Positions 18,763 to 27,977 of a stretch of DNA of 64,000 nt are shown one piece after another (position 1 is the stretch's first letter; the number at the start of each line of letters is the position of its first letter). Made by a program: the position numbers and the translations under genes. Location of the stretch: positions 32,001-96,000 of the forward strand of contig CAVXRD010000004.1 in the NCBI GenBank assembly GCA_963764165.1, written 5' to 3'. The stretch comes from an uncultured Verrucomicrobiae bacterium. Its GTDB lineage: Bacteria > Verrucomicrobiota > Verrucomicrobiia > Limisphaerales > Palsa-1400. The notes beneath the pieces are model-generated. The model made no database searches, had not been told where the DNA came from, and saw only the letters and a program-made list of their open reading frames with translations.

Positions 18763-19511
18763 AGATGCTTGCCGCACTGATCGCGATCTCTGCTGCCGCC
18801 GCCGTCACGCTGGCCGCCCACAAGCGGACAGAGTCGCGCCTGCGTGAGCTTGACAGGAAAATCCAAGAACAATCATTGGAATTGAGTCGCCGCGCGGCTG
18901 GCAATTCCGAACTTTCCGCCGCCATTGAGGCCAACTCGAACAATCTTCCCCTGACTGGAGAGAAACTCTCCGCCTTGCTGAAATTGCGAAACGAAGCCGC
19001 CCAGCTTCGGAGGACCAACGCTGAAATGGCGCGCCTGGAATCCAGGAACCGGAAACTGCGGGCCTCGCTCGAGAGCAATCAAACCCGGCTTGCGGCGGCG
19101 AAGATGCTGCCAAATTATTGGGCCAAGGACCAGTTGTCCTATTGCGGCTTTGCCGATCCTTCCTCAGCCGTGAAAAGCATTCTCGCCCTGATGTCAAAGG
19201 GCGATGCCGAAAGCTGGCAGGCTGCATGCACTCCCGAAGCCATCGGAAAGCTGCGGAATGAATGGAAGAACAGCGGCCTCTCCACCTCCCAGCAGGAAGC
19301 CGAATTCAAGTCAATGGCGGATGGATTGATGTCTTCCTGCGACGGCTTTCATATTATTGACACCAGCCAGCCGGATCCGGATACCGAAGTGGTCCAACTT
19401 TCATTCGATGGCCAGAACACGATTAGGAAAATCGTTTTAAAGCGGATTGAGGATCAATGGAAAATGAACGACCTTGGCGCCGGCAGCGCGGGTGCGGCCT
19501 TCCCAAATTGA
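18747..19511 (+). CDS. Hypothetical exported or membrane-anchored coiled-coil protein
   Basis: Hydrophobic N-terminus and LLKLRNEAAQLR coil; overlaps the sigma gene stop. Confidence 0.65.
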   Translation: MEDKVKMLAALIAISAAAAVTLAAHKRTESRLRELDRKIQEQSLELSRRAAGNSELSAAIEANSNNLPLTGEKLSALLKLRNEAAQLRRTNAEMARLESRNRKLRASLESNQTRLAAAKMLPNYWAKDQLSYCGFADPSSAVKSILALMSKGDAESWQAACTPEAIGKLRNEWKNSGLSTSQQEAEFKSMADGLMSSCDGFHIIDTSQPDPDTEVVQLSFDGQNTIRKIVLKRIEDQWKMNDLGAGSAGAAFPN

Positions 19512-19530
19512 CAATTATAATTCTAATTGA

Positions 19531-20385
19531 CTAAGGGTGGCCCGGAAATTGGTAGCCTTTGAAGACAAATTGATAGTCGGCTCCGTTGCCTGGCCCCGTC
19601 CAGATCGACTCGGAGCAGCCTTGCCCTGCGCCCTGCCCCGCCTTGATGATGGCTGGATCGGTCCATCGGTGCAGTTCGGCGTGGCCGTCGGCGAAGGCAA
19701 TCGAATCGACGTTGATGTGCCACATGGCGGGGGGGTCCTGCCACTCAAATGAATCATCGGTCCAGCGCACGACCCAGGTTCCCATGTTGTAGCCGCGCCA
19801 ATCGGATTCCTCAATCATCGAAAATGTCCCGCTGGGCGCGGGGATGGCCGACAATTTTGTGTAAGTGGCGCGGGTTCCCCAATAATCGTCGTAAGGTTCG
19901 CCGCCGAGATTTTGGGTCCGTGAATAACTGTCAAATCCCCAGCCGTTCAAGTGGTGCGGGGACGGGACGTTCTGGCTTCGCGTATCGCCGGGACAGTGGT
20001 ACGTATTGACCGTGTTGCAATAAAAATAGAATGCGTTGCTCGTTTTGAGGCCGGTCTGCACTGCGCGCATCGCATTGCTTTGGGACGTCCACTTGCTCGG
20101 CGCAATGGAAGGACCGCCCCAAAATCCACCCGCCGGATAAATATCATCCCCGGTTTCATAGTCCGCCATTTGCACGATGTAATCGGAGTTATCCTGCGAA
20201 TACATGTGAAATGCGCTGGCCAGCTGCTTCTGGTTATTCAGGCAATTCGCCGCCGATGTCTGATGCTTCGCCTTAGAAAGAGTCGGCAGCATCATGGCGG
20301 CCAGAATGGCAATAATGCAAATCACCACGAGCAATTCCGCCATGCTGAAGGCATGGACGGTCCTGTGGCGGTGAAAGGTGTTCAT
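19531..20385 (-). CDS. Prepilin-type N-terminal cleavage/methylation, H-X9-DG domain protein
   Basis: AFSMAELLVVICIIAILAAMMLP, CLNNQKQL, YHCPGD and HINVDSIAFADGH. Confidence 0.88.
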   Translation of the reverse strand: MNTFHRHRTVHAFSMAELLVVICIIAILAAMMLPTLSKAKHQTSAANCLNNQKQLASAFHMYSQDNSDYIVQMADYETGDDIYPAGGFWGGPSIAPSKWTSQSNAMRAVQTGLKTSNAFYFYCNTVNTYHCPGDTRSQNVPSPHHLNGWGFDSYSRTQNLGGEPYDDYWGTRATYTKLSAIPAPSGTFSMIEESDWRGYNMGTWVVRWTDDSFEWQDPPAMWHINVDSIAFADGHAELHRWTDPAIIKAGQGAGQGCSESIWTGPGNGADYQFVFKGYQFPGHP

Positions 20386-20471
20386 TGCGCGGGGTTTGTT
20401 ACCAGTTTGGCGGCTTTAGGAAAAGCATAATTTGTGTCACGAATCCCCGGCAAGGCTCGCTCCTGTGCTTT

Positions 20472-21908
20472 TTACAAACCGCTGCCGACTTTGCTGCGGC
20501 GCGGAGCTTTTTCGGGCTGGCCGTTCAGAAGCCCCGCCCACGTCTCGGCTTCGTGCGAACCGGCGTCAAACGGATTGCTCAATTGCAATGCGGAGGCTCC
20601 CTCAAGCCCGATCATTTCCCAATCGATAAAATAGGGGCAGCTTTCGTCCTTGAGCAGGCGCATCGCCTGGGAGCGGACGGCGGCGCGGGTGTTGGCGGGC
20701 GCATGAGTGGTTGCCTGCGTGACTTCCTTGTGCGGCAATTCCCAGCAGGGCGGCGTTTGCGCCAGCGCCAGGCCGAGGCTCCGCGCCGGGTCAATCTGGT
20801 GATATTCCAAATCCTGCGACTTCAGCCACGGGTGGCTCCAGGGAATATTCTCCTGCTCGCAAAACTGCCGCAGCAGCCAGCGTTTCGTAATCCAATCAAT
20901 CTTGCCGACGAGCAATTCAGGATCCTTCCCCAGCGCCTGCAATGTGTCCTGCCAGATCGTGAGCAACTCGTCGGTTTCAGTATCGCGCCCGGCGAATTTT
21001 GACTTCGCCGCCGCGCGGTATTCTTCCAGCAAATCCAGCACATCCGCGACCCTGCCATCACACAACTGCGCGCGCCACGGTCCATCCGGCTGATGCGACA
21101 AAGTGCGGAACGCCGCAACGGCATCCGCCAAAGCGATTTTCGGCAGCGCGTTAATTTCCAGCAAATCGAGGACGAGCGAAGTGGTGCCCACTTTCAGAAG
21201 GAGGCTTGTCGGCAGCACATTCGTATCGCCGTGCAGCAAATGAAGGCGGCGGTATTTTCGCGCGTCGGCCAGCGGTTCGTCGCGCGTGTTGATGATGGCG
21301 CGATTGAACTGCACCCATTCAAAAAGATCGTTATTAATGTAATCCGCCCGCTGGCTCATCTGGTAGATGCTGTCCATCCCCGGCCGGCTCAGCTCGCCGC
21401 GCGCTTCCGCCGCCACCGTCGCCCCCACCCGGCCGGCGCTGACGTAAAGCATGCGCAGCGTCAAAAAAGCCAGCAGCGAGTGGACGTTCGGCTCCGTCAA
21501 CGGAGCGGAGCGGCGGACGAGATAATTCTCGTGGCAGCCAAAGGTCGCGCCGGAATAATGGTCGATGTTGTTGCGGATGAAATTGATTTCGCGCTCGAGC
21601 CGCATGGTGCGGACGGCTTGCAATAGTATCGCGTCGCCCGCCTGGTCGAAGCGAAGAACGTCAAGAAGGTTTAAGCATTCAGGCGTGCAATACTCCAGAT
21701 GACCCATGTCAATATAACAGCGCCCGCCGTTGAACAGAAATCCGCCGTTGCCCGCCGGCTCATCCCAATCCCGCTGATGCACGTCGATGAGGCCGAGCCG
21801 CTGGTCCTTGAAAATCCAATCACGGACGCGCGTGATCGCTCCCGGCGTTCCGGGAAACTCGTTGGTCAAACAACCATATTCGGTCTCCAGGCCAACGATT
21901 CGGTTCAT
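20472..21908 (-). CDS. pafA: Pup/UBact-protein ligase (PafA family)
   Basis: IVGLETEYG, FLFNGGRCYIDMGHLEYCTPEC, GCHENY, RAIINTRDEP, RRLH and DLEYH; located after the alpha subunit. Confidence 0.85.
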   Translation of the reverse strand: MNRIVGLETEYGCLTNEFPGTPGAITRVRDWIFKDQRLGLIDVHQRDWDEPAGNGGFLFNGGRCYIDMGHLEYCTPECLNLLDVLRFDQAGDAILLQAVRTMRLEREINFIRNNIDHYSGATFGCHENYLVRRSAPLTEPNVHSLLAFLTLRMLYVSAGRVGATVAAEARGELSRPGMDSIYQMSQRADYINNDLFEWVQFNRAIINTRDEPLADARKYRRLHLLHGDTNVLPTSLLLKVGTTSLVLDLLEINALPKIALADAVAAFRTLSHQPDGPWRAQLCDGRVADVLDLLEEYRAAAKSKFAGRDTETDELLTIWQDTLQALGKDPELLVGKIDWITKRWLLRQFCEQENIPWSHPWLKSQDLEYHQIDPARSLGLALAQTPPCWELPHKEVTQATTHAPANTRAAVRSQAMRLLKDESCPYFIDWEMIGLEGASALQLSNPFDAGSHEAETWAGLLNGQPEKAPRRSKVGSGL

Positions 21909-21932
21909 GAATGCTCCCTCCCCCTTTCCTCG

Positions 21933-22673
21933 TTACAGGTTCAATTCTCCCGCTGTCAGCGCCTGGTAACGGGCCGGGCGCGAACCGCCGCGCGCCAGCC
22001 ATCCGATTTCAATTTCCTTGCCCTTGACGGCTTCGCGCCAGCCGGTTTGGCGGACTGCCTCATCGGGAACCGTGCCCGCGAAGCCGCCATTTTCGGAAAG
22101 CTGCCACCACACCTGCAAAAGCAGGTCCGCCACTTCGCCGCGGCTGTGTTTCATCTTGACAGTTTCGGTCAGCCATTTTTGCGCGGCGGCCTCGGCTTCC
22201 GCATCGCTGGCCGCGACAATGGCCCCGCCGTGCTGCATTTGGAATGAGCCGTCGAAATGAAGGCGGAAAAACAAATCATCCTTCGGCGCGGCTCCAAGTT
22301 CCGCCAAGAGCAATTCCACCAAAAAAGGCGCGCTGAAAATCTGCTCGAAATTGGTTTTCAATTGCGGGCTAAGGCCGAAGCTGACCAACCGGCGCAAACT
22401 CACATCTTCCGGGGCACGCGTGAAAGCCTCGACATGCGCGGCGTCAATCGCGGCTTGCCGGATCTTTTCGATGTCCGCCGGATGGCCAAGCCCCGCCAGA
22501 GCATGGCGGTCAAACAGTTCAAAAACCTTCGACTGCCCGATGCCGACGCCAACGAGCAGGACGCCGTCCGGCAAACTCGCGCTGAGAACAGGTTTTCCGC
22601 CTTTGAGCTGCTCGCGGACGTATTCGCGACGGTTGCCGACGGCCTCCAGCCACCTGTATGGTTCCTCAGTCAC
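21933..22673 (-). CDS. prcA: 20S proteasome alpha subunit
   Basis: EEPYRW..A...RREYVREQL..G.PV and KVFELFDR...G.G..ADIE. GTG start overlaps the beta subunit stop. Confidence 0.85.
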   Translation of the reverse strand: MTEEPYRWLEAVGNRREYVREQLKGGKPVLSASLPDGVLLVGVGIGQSKVFELFDRHALAGLGHPADIEKIRQAAIDAAHVEAFTRAPEDVSLRRLVSFGLSPQLKTNFEQIFSAPFLVELLLAELGAAPKDDLFFRLHFDGSFQMQHGGAIVAASDAEAEAAAQKWLTETVKMKHSRGEVADLLLQVWWQLSENGGFAGTVPDEAVRQTGWREAVKGKEIEIGWLARGGSRPARYQALTAGELNL

Positions 22674-23439
22674 GCAAGAACTCCTTTTGCTGGGCGTCGG
22701 CGACAGTTTCCACGCCGGATGGTTTGAGAACCTTGATCGTCGCGTAGGTCTCCGTCGCCGGGTTGACGCCGCCGGTGGCGGAATCAAATTCCGACGCGGT
22801 CGACAAGAGCCGCGAGGCGAAACGAACTGCGTCCCGCAATCCCATTTGCGACGGGCGCGGCGTGCCGAACCGTTCCTGAAAGCTTAAGATGCTGCGAATC
22901 GTCCCCGACCCCGAGCCAGACGCCGCGTAACCCACCGCCTGGAACTGCGCCCCGAGCGGATCGTAAAAATAGATGCGCGGCTCGGCGGGAGTGACCGTGG
23001 TGTCCACACCGGCAAAAAGAGGGACGACAATTCCAATGCCCTGCATGGTCATCGGCAAATTTTCCCGCAATAACCGTGCCAGCGCCCGCACGCGGGCAGG
23101 CAAGCTCAAGGGCTGCAATTGACTGCGGCGGAAATATTCGAAGGAAGTTTGCAAAACGCGCGCCATTTCGAACGCCGTGGCCGGAACGCCCGCAATAGCC
23201 AGCACCGAGGTGGAATCGATTTCAATGATCTTCTCGACGCGGTCGGTGACAATGATGTTGCCAGCGGTGGCGCGGCGGTCGCCGGCCATGATGACGCCCT
23301 CCGCGAAATGAAATCCGAAGACGGTGGTTGCCTGGGTTTGAACCGGAGCCGTCCCGTTGGCCGCCGGCGACTGGATCGCGAGACGACGCTCCGCCAAAAG
23401 CGACAGGAAGTCGCCTGCAATCGGCTGAGGCTGGCTCAT
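22666..23439 (-). CDS. prcB: 20S proteasome beta subunit
   Basis: Propeptide then A|TTV, MAGDRRATAGN, YDPLG, SGSGS and DSATGG. Confidence 0.9.
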   Translation of the reverse strand: MSQPQPIAGDFLSLLAERRLAIQSPAANGTAPVQTQATTVFGFHFAEGVIMAGDRRATAGNIIVTDRVEKIIEIDSTSVLAIAGVPATAFEMARVLQTSFEYFRRSQLQPLSLPARVRALARLLRENLPMTMQGIGIVVPLFAGVDTTVTPAEPRIYFYDPLGAQFQAVGYAASGSGSGTIRSILSFQERFGTPRPSQMGLRDAVRFASRLLSTASEFDSATGGVNPATETYATIKVLKPSGVETVADAQQKEFLRD

Positions 23440-23606
23440 TGGCCGGTGCGCTGGCGATAACGCCGGGCCTGGTCAGGATCGACCTTGCGCATGCGTTTGA
23501 GCAATTCCTCCGTGTTGGGTTTGTCGACTTTGGGGGCGCTGGGCCCCTCTCCACCACCGCCGCCGGCTGGAGCCAGTGGCCTGTTTTTCTGAGCTTGGTC
23601 AGGCAT
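23436..23606 (-). CDS. ubact: Ubiquitin-like protein UBact (56 aa)
   Basis: Disordered Gly/Pro-rich N-terminus, then ELLKRMRKVDPDQARRYRQRTGQ (R[TS]G[EQ] end). Stop overlaps the beta subunit start. Confidence 0.92.
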   Translation of the reverse strand: MPDQAQKNRPLAPAGGGGGEGPSAPKVDKPNTEELLKRMRKVDPDQARRYRQRTGQ

Positions 23607-23895
23607 AAAACGTATAGACGAACTTAACATAATCCATTCTGCCCAATTCGCCACGCAACTTGACATAAAAATTCGGAAACACAAGCGGTGATGGACGAAT
23701 TTAAAAAATTCGTTTCGTCGGAAGCTTCGATGCCGAAACGCGGGTGCGCCAAAAGAAATCGCCGGTTTGAATTTGGGCATGATCCACCCGCGTTGCGCTC
23801 CTCATTAAGACGCTGCTCGTTTATTTGAGGATCTCCGCGCCCGCCTTGGGCGGAAACCTGGTTTGGAAAGTGCAAAACTGGGTGCAAATGGGGCT

Positions 23896-23935
23896 CAAAA
23901 ACGCAAAGTGCAATAGGGTGCAATAGCGTGCAACG
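23896..23935 (-). repeat. Phased TTGCAC motif, copy 2 of 3
   Basis: Minus strand CGTTGCACGCTATTGCACCCTATTGCACTTTGCGTTTTT. Confidence 0.75.
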
Positions 23936-24304
23936 ACCCCTTTCCGGCGAAATCCGTTTGGACGGCCCCAATGATAGGGCACACCGACTGCGGCGCATAA
24001 ACACGAAGTTCCGCGCTGCGCGGTCTTCCTGACTATGACCTTGCGTTTGCATCAAACGTAGTTTGCCACGGTTGGAGCCGGATGGAAAACCTACCAGAGT
24101 GTTTTCGGCGCGATTTTTGAAGAAATGTTGGAAAAAAAGCCAAAAGAATGTGGTTCTTGGGTGATTACGGTGGAGCGCTGATCCGTCTTTGTTTTCCTCT
24201 GCGCCCTCATCTTCTCTGCGCGAGATCTCTCTTCCCCTCATGATACCACTGTCTGATGGAACTACAAGGAAATGTACATAAACTAACCGGAGTCGCGAAG
24301 GATG

Positions 24305-24475
24305 TCACTGCACCCACAATTCGGGATGCGGTTGATGGTCGGCGTTCCACATCGCGGCGGTGTTGGTGGGATTAAAGAGATCCCAGGGATCCATCGCCGC
24401 GACGTGGCCATCGCAGAAAAGCTGATTGTAATTCTTTCCGTGCCGCGATGGCAGAACGCGCCATCGCGTTCCGCA
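24305..24475 (-). pseudogene. Orphan C-terminal fragment of an H-X9-DG (prepilin-associated) protein
   Basis: RHGKNYNQLFCDGHVAAMDPWDLFNPTNTAAMWNADHQPHPELWVQ*, preceded by an in-frame stop. Confidence 0.7.
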
Positions 24476-24493
24476 TCAAATACATCCGGAAAA

Positions 24494-24740
24494 CTAGATC
24501 TCCTCCGCGCTCCCACGCTGACGAACGCTCTCCTCGCGGAAATGCTTGTGGCGCGCCGACAAAATCGCCGCCCGCCCCAAATATCCAACAATCCTCGCAG
24601 GGTTCCCCCGCTCCACCACCGGCAATCGGCCCACGTTGCGATTCAACATTTTGCCCAGCGCTGCCGGCAATGGTTCATCGGGATAGGCGACGCCCAAGTC
24701 AGGGGTGCCTGCTTTGAGCACCGTCCTTTGGTTGCCATTC
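24494..24740 (-). pseudogene. C-terminal CBS-domain fragment, probably of a ClC chloride channel
   Basis: VAYPDEPL..AL.KML...VGRLPVVER......VGYLGR..ILSAR; no N-terminal part. Confidence 0.6.
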
Positions 24741-24938
24741 GGTCTTGTGGACAGGCTGGTGGCGGAAAAATGGGTGGCCCGGCGCCGCTCCACCGAGGAT
24801 CGCCGCCAGGTGATGATTTATTTGACGGGCGGCGGCGAACTTATCCTTGGAAAATTGGCGGCAGTCCATCGCCAGCAATTGAAACGCATTGGCCCCGAGA
24901 TCAGCCAACTGCTCGCCGCACTCAACCGCCCCAATTAG
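24740..24938 (+). pseudogene. C-terminal half of a MarR-family regulator
   Basis: GLVDRLVAEKWVARRRSTEDRRQVMIYLTGGGE; the N-terminal helices are missing. Confidence 0.7.
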
Positions 24939-24978
24939 TCCAATAGGACCTATAAGTCCTAAAGGTCCCATTGGAGCC

Positions 24979-26454
24979 TCAATGACTTGTTCCGCCGAGC
25001 GTTGAAGAAAGGGACGAACTGCTCGTGACTGCGGTCGACTGGGCGTTGGCGTTGGCGGTGTAGCGGGCATCCAATGGCGACGTGCTCGCAGCCGTTGAGG
25101 CCGACGACCCTTTCCCGCTCGTGGTGCTCGAGAACAACCCAGCCAGCGTGGACTGCACGGCGACCGGATCAGCCGCGCCGTAATCCATGACGCGGACGAT
25201 TTGCACGCCTTGCGTTCCTTCGTCCAAGTCGCGCACCACATGCTGCACTTGCTCCATCAAGGCGTGCGAGGCGGAGAGAATGACCGATTGCACCCGGCGA
25301 TCCGCCACGGCAGAGACCGTCCCCAGCTTTTGCATGCGGGCGCTTTCGGTGGAATTGCCGCCGGAACGCGCGCTTTGCTGCTGACGACCGCCAAATTGAA
25401 AGCCCATGGAACGGTCGCTCTGGCTGGAACTCGAACTCGAATCGCTGGAAGGAAAGAGCAAGTTAATCTCATCGACGATTTCGCCAGGGTCGGCATGTTT
25501 CAGGCGCATGACGCGGAGTTCCGTGACGCTTTGGTTTGGCTTATCCAATTCGGCCACCAGATTGCTTACCATGCGCATGTAATCCGGCGGGGCGCTCGCG
25601 ACGACGGCGTTCATTTGGTCGTCGGCGACGAAGGAGGTTTTGGTGTTGGAGTTTTTCGTGCTTGATTGATCGCTATTGCCGCCGCCGGGTCCCCCGAATC
25701 CACCCGGCCCACCCGGACCGCCAAAACCCGGCGGGCCTCCGAAGCCGCCGAAATTGTTGCGGGTCGCTGCAGCGGAGGTGCTGGAGTCGCTGGTCTGAAA
25801 GACATCCTTCAATTCCGAAGCCAGCGTCTTGGCATCCGCAAATTTCAAGATGAACACCTCCACTTGCGAAACAGCGGTGGTGTCCAGGGCTAAGATGATC
25901 TCGCAGACGCGGTGGATTTCCGTCATCGGCGCGGTCATTAGAATCGAATTGCCGGCTTCGTTGGCGGTTATCGCGGCATTCTGAGGAATCAGCGGCTGCA
26001 AATCCTTGATAAGCGCTTCCGCCCGCAATGTATTGACCGGCAGGATGGCCGTCACGATTTGGTCGCTGGCGGGAATCTCTTCCGGCTTGGAATGGGTCGG
26101 CATGACCGGAGTCCTCGAACTGGTGCGCGCCTGGTCGGCGGTCATGATTGTGAGCGTCCGGCCATTGAGCGCAACCGCGTAGTTATTCTTGGACAATGCC
26201 GTGCTGAGAATATCGACAATTTCATTGGTCGAAATTGGCTGCCCGGAAACGATGCTGACGCGGCCATTCAAATCCACATCCGAAATGACAATCAGCCCGG
26301 CCTTCTCGCTGAGGTAATTGACGACGGCACTGAGCGGCACGCTTTGAAAATTCAGCACAAGGCCGGAAGGCGGTGCGCTCGTTACCAATTCTTTTGCAAA
26401 CGTGAAGGCCGCCGACGCTGCGAGAGCTGCCACTGCCAACAAGATTTTTTTCAT
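24979..26454 (-). CDS. Secretin N-domain (N0 + NolW-like repeats) protein lacking a C-terminal secretin barrel
   Basis: Signal peptide, LNFQSVPL..VV.YLSE.AG, repeated LK.ADA...ADx..N.V.. units; ends in a Ser/Thr-rich tail. Confidence 0.75.
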   Translation of the reverse strand: MKKILLAVAALAASAAFTFAKELVTSAPPSGLVLNFQSVPLSAVVNYLSEKAGLIVISDVDLNGRVSIVSGQPISTNEIVDILSTALSKNNYAVALNGRTLTIMTADQARTSSRTPVMPTHSKPEEIPASDQIVTAILPVNTLRAEALIKDLQPLIPQNAAITANEAGNSILMTAPMTEIHRVCEIILALDTTAVSQVEVFILKFADAKTLASELKDVFQTSDSSTSAAATRNNFGGFGGPPGFGGPGGPGGFGGPGGGNSDQSSTKNSNTKTSFVADDQMNAVVASAPPDYMRMVSNLVAELDKPNQSVTELRVMRLKHADPGEIVDEINLLFPSSDSSSSSSQSDRSMGFQFGGRQQQSARSGGNSTESARMQKLGTVSAVADRRVQSVILSASHALMEQVQHVVRDLDEGTQGVQIVRVMDYGAADPVAVQSTLAGLFSSTTSGKGSSASTAASTSPLDARYTANANAQSTAVTSSSSLSSTLGGTSH

Positions 26455-26620
26455 ATCGATCTCCTGAGCGGCCGGGTTCATTCCGCGCTTCCGCTCGACA
26501 GCAATAGACTCCCGCAGTGTTAAGACTCTGTTCGCCGGGAAGCGGAAATTTGTTAAGGAAGGGTTAATTATCGCGGTTTTCCGTGATTGTGTGATTGAAA
26601 GAGGCTGAATTATCTTCGAT

Positions 26621-27229
26621 TTGTTGAAGGCCAAACGCCCCATCCTGATCCTCAGTGCGGTGATCGTTCTCACCGTGCTCATTTGCTGTGTCACCGCGCT
26701 GCTTCTTTCCGTGGCTGGCGACTCGATGAACCGCACGCTGCCAGATGGAACGGTTTTCAGGGTGGTAAAGATTTCCACGGGGAACGAGCATTCCTACGCG
26801 ATGCCCAAGGCCAAACCGTGGCAAGAGTTTCTGGTTGACCATCTTCCTCCCGCCTTCACGGCAGGGCGCGAATGGTGGGGCGGCGGCCATGGCAGCGTCA
26901 GCATTGGTTCCATCCCGGGAACCCCAACCCTGGCCATATTCACCGTGTGCAATTTTGTGGGGACGAACCGTCCGAGCCAATGCATGATCATGACCGCCAC
27001 CGGCGACGATGGAAATGCTTCCAAGCAGATCGCCAACGGGCCGATAGCTGCCACCGACGGATCCGACCGCGATTGGACGCTCACTTGCTGGCATCTCGAA
27101 ACGGTTCCCACCAACAGCCGGAATTTGGCGCTGAAGTTTTATCCGGCGGCAGCGTTCGTTCATTCCAACGTCGCGCCCGTCGCGGAATACAGCATCAAAA
27201 ATCCTCTTTACAACGGTGGCAAAAAATAA
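26621..27229 (+). CDS. Hypothetical membrane-anchored protein
   Basis: N-terminal hydrophobic helix and a 202-aa open frame. Confidence 0.55.
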   Translation: MLKAKRPILILSAVIVLTVLICCVTALLLSVAGDSMNRTLPDGTVFRVVKISTGNEHSYAMPKAKPWQEFLVDHLPPAFTAGREWWGGGHGSVSIGSIPGTPTLAIFTVCNFVGTNRPSQCMIMTATGDDGNASKQIANGPIAATDGSDRDWTLTCWHLETVPTNSRNLALKFYPAAAFVHSNVAPVAEYSIKNPLYNGGKK

Positions 27230-27802
27230 TCAAAGCTTCCGCAGATTGCTTTGAAGATCCGTCAACTCGATTTTGAACAACTCATGCCCGTCACGGCGCG
27301 GATTGTTGGTATTGCATCGTTCAAAACCGGCGCGGAGCATTAGCTTTTTTCCCGCGGCAGTCGCTTCGATGGCGCAAACATGGCGCACAGAAAGCGGCTC
27401 GCATATGCGGAGCACGATGTCATCGAATTGCGCTAAAATCTGATAGACCGCTGGCCGGGATGCCAGGCCAGTTTGTGTCTTGATAATGATGCTCTCCACG
27501 TAAAGGTCGCGTGGCGAAGTTCGATCAAGCTTTCGCGCGATCCACGCGGCGGGAATTTCGCGCTCCAGAATTTCGCCTTGGAGAAACGGCGTTGCCGCAT
27601 CGGGAAGCAGCGGCAGAATATCCAAGTGCCCGACGCGCTCGCCCGCGGCATTCGCGATCACCGAAAACCCGCAGGGGTTTCTCGAAAACCAACTCATCAG
27701 CACGCACTCCGGGATGGCATCCTTTGGCGAGTAGGTTTCGGCTTCGAGACACGCGATCCATGAGATGTCTTCCTGGGTGGCTTGGACAATTTGATATTTC
27801 AC
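27230..27802 (-). CDS. Hypothetical GNAT-fold-like protein
   Basis: I.QAT.ED...I..LE..TY, LYVESI and T.AG.KL..R.GF. Confidence 0.6.
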   Translation of the reverse strand: MKYQIVQATQEDISWIACLEAETYSPKDAIPECVLMSWFSRNPCGFSVIANAAGERVGHLDILPLLPDAATPFLQGEILEREIPAAWIARKLDRTSPRDLYVESIIIKTQTGLASRPAVYQILAQFDDIVLRICEPLSVRHVCAIEATAAGKKLMLRAGFERCNTNNPRRDGHELFKIELTDLQSNLRKL

Positions 27803-27813
27803 AATCTAAGAAA

Positions 27814-27977
27814 GGCAGAGACGCCTCGCCGAGGCGTCCGATGCCGAGACAATTTTCGAGCACGACCCTCTTTTCAAACGCTCAAAACGGAAAGTCTTTT
27901 CGGCCTTCGCCAATCTCTGGGCGAAATTACACGCCGACAGACCTCCACGTCCCCGGACGCCTCGGCGAGGCGCTACC
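27814..27977. repeat. REPIN-like inverted pair of REP palindromes
   Basis: GACGCCTCGCCGAGGCGTC and an inverted copy; same family as 46987-47105. Confidence 0.7.

Noticed and set aside
23624..24241. 205-aa ORF upstream of ubact as Dop or ARC
   Set aside because: No GS-fold or AAA motifs, and it runs through repeat DNA; likely spurious.
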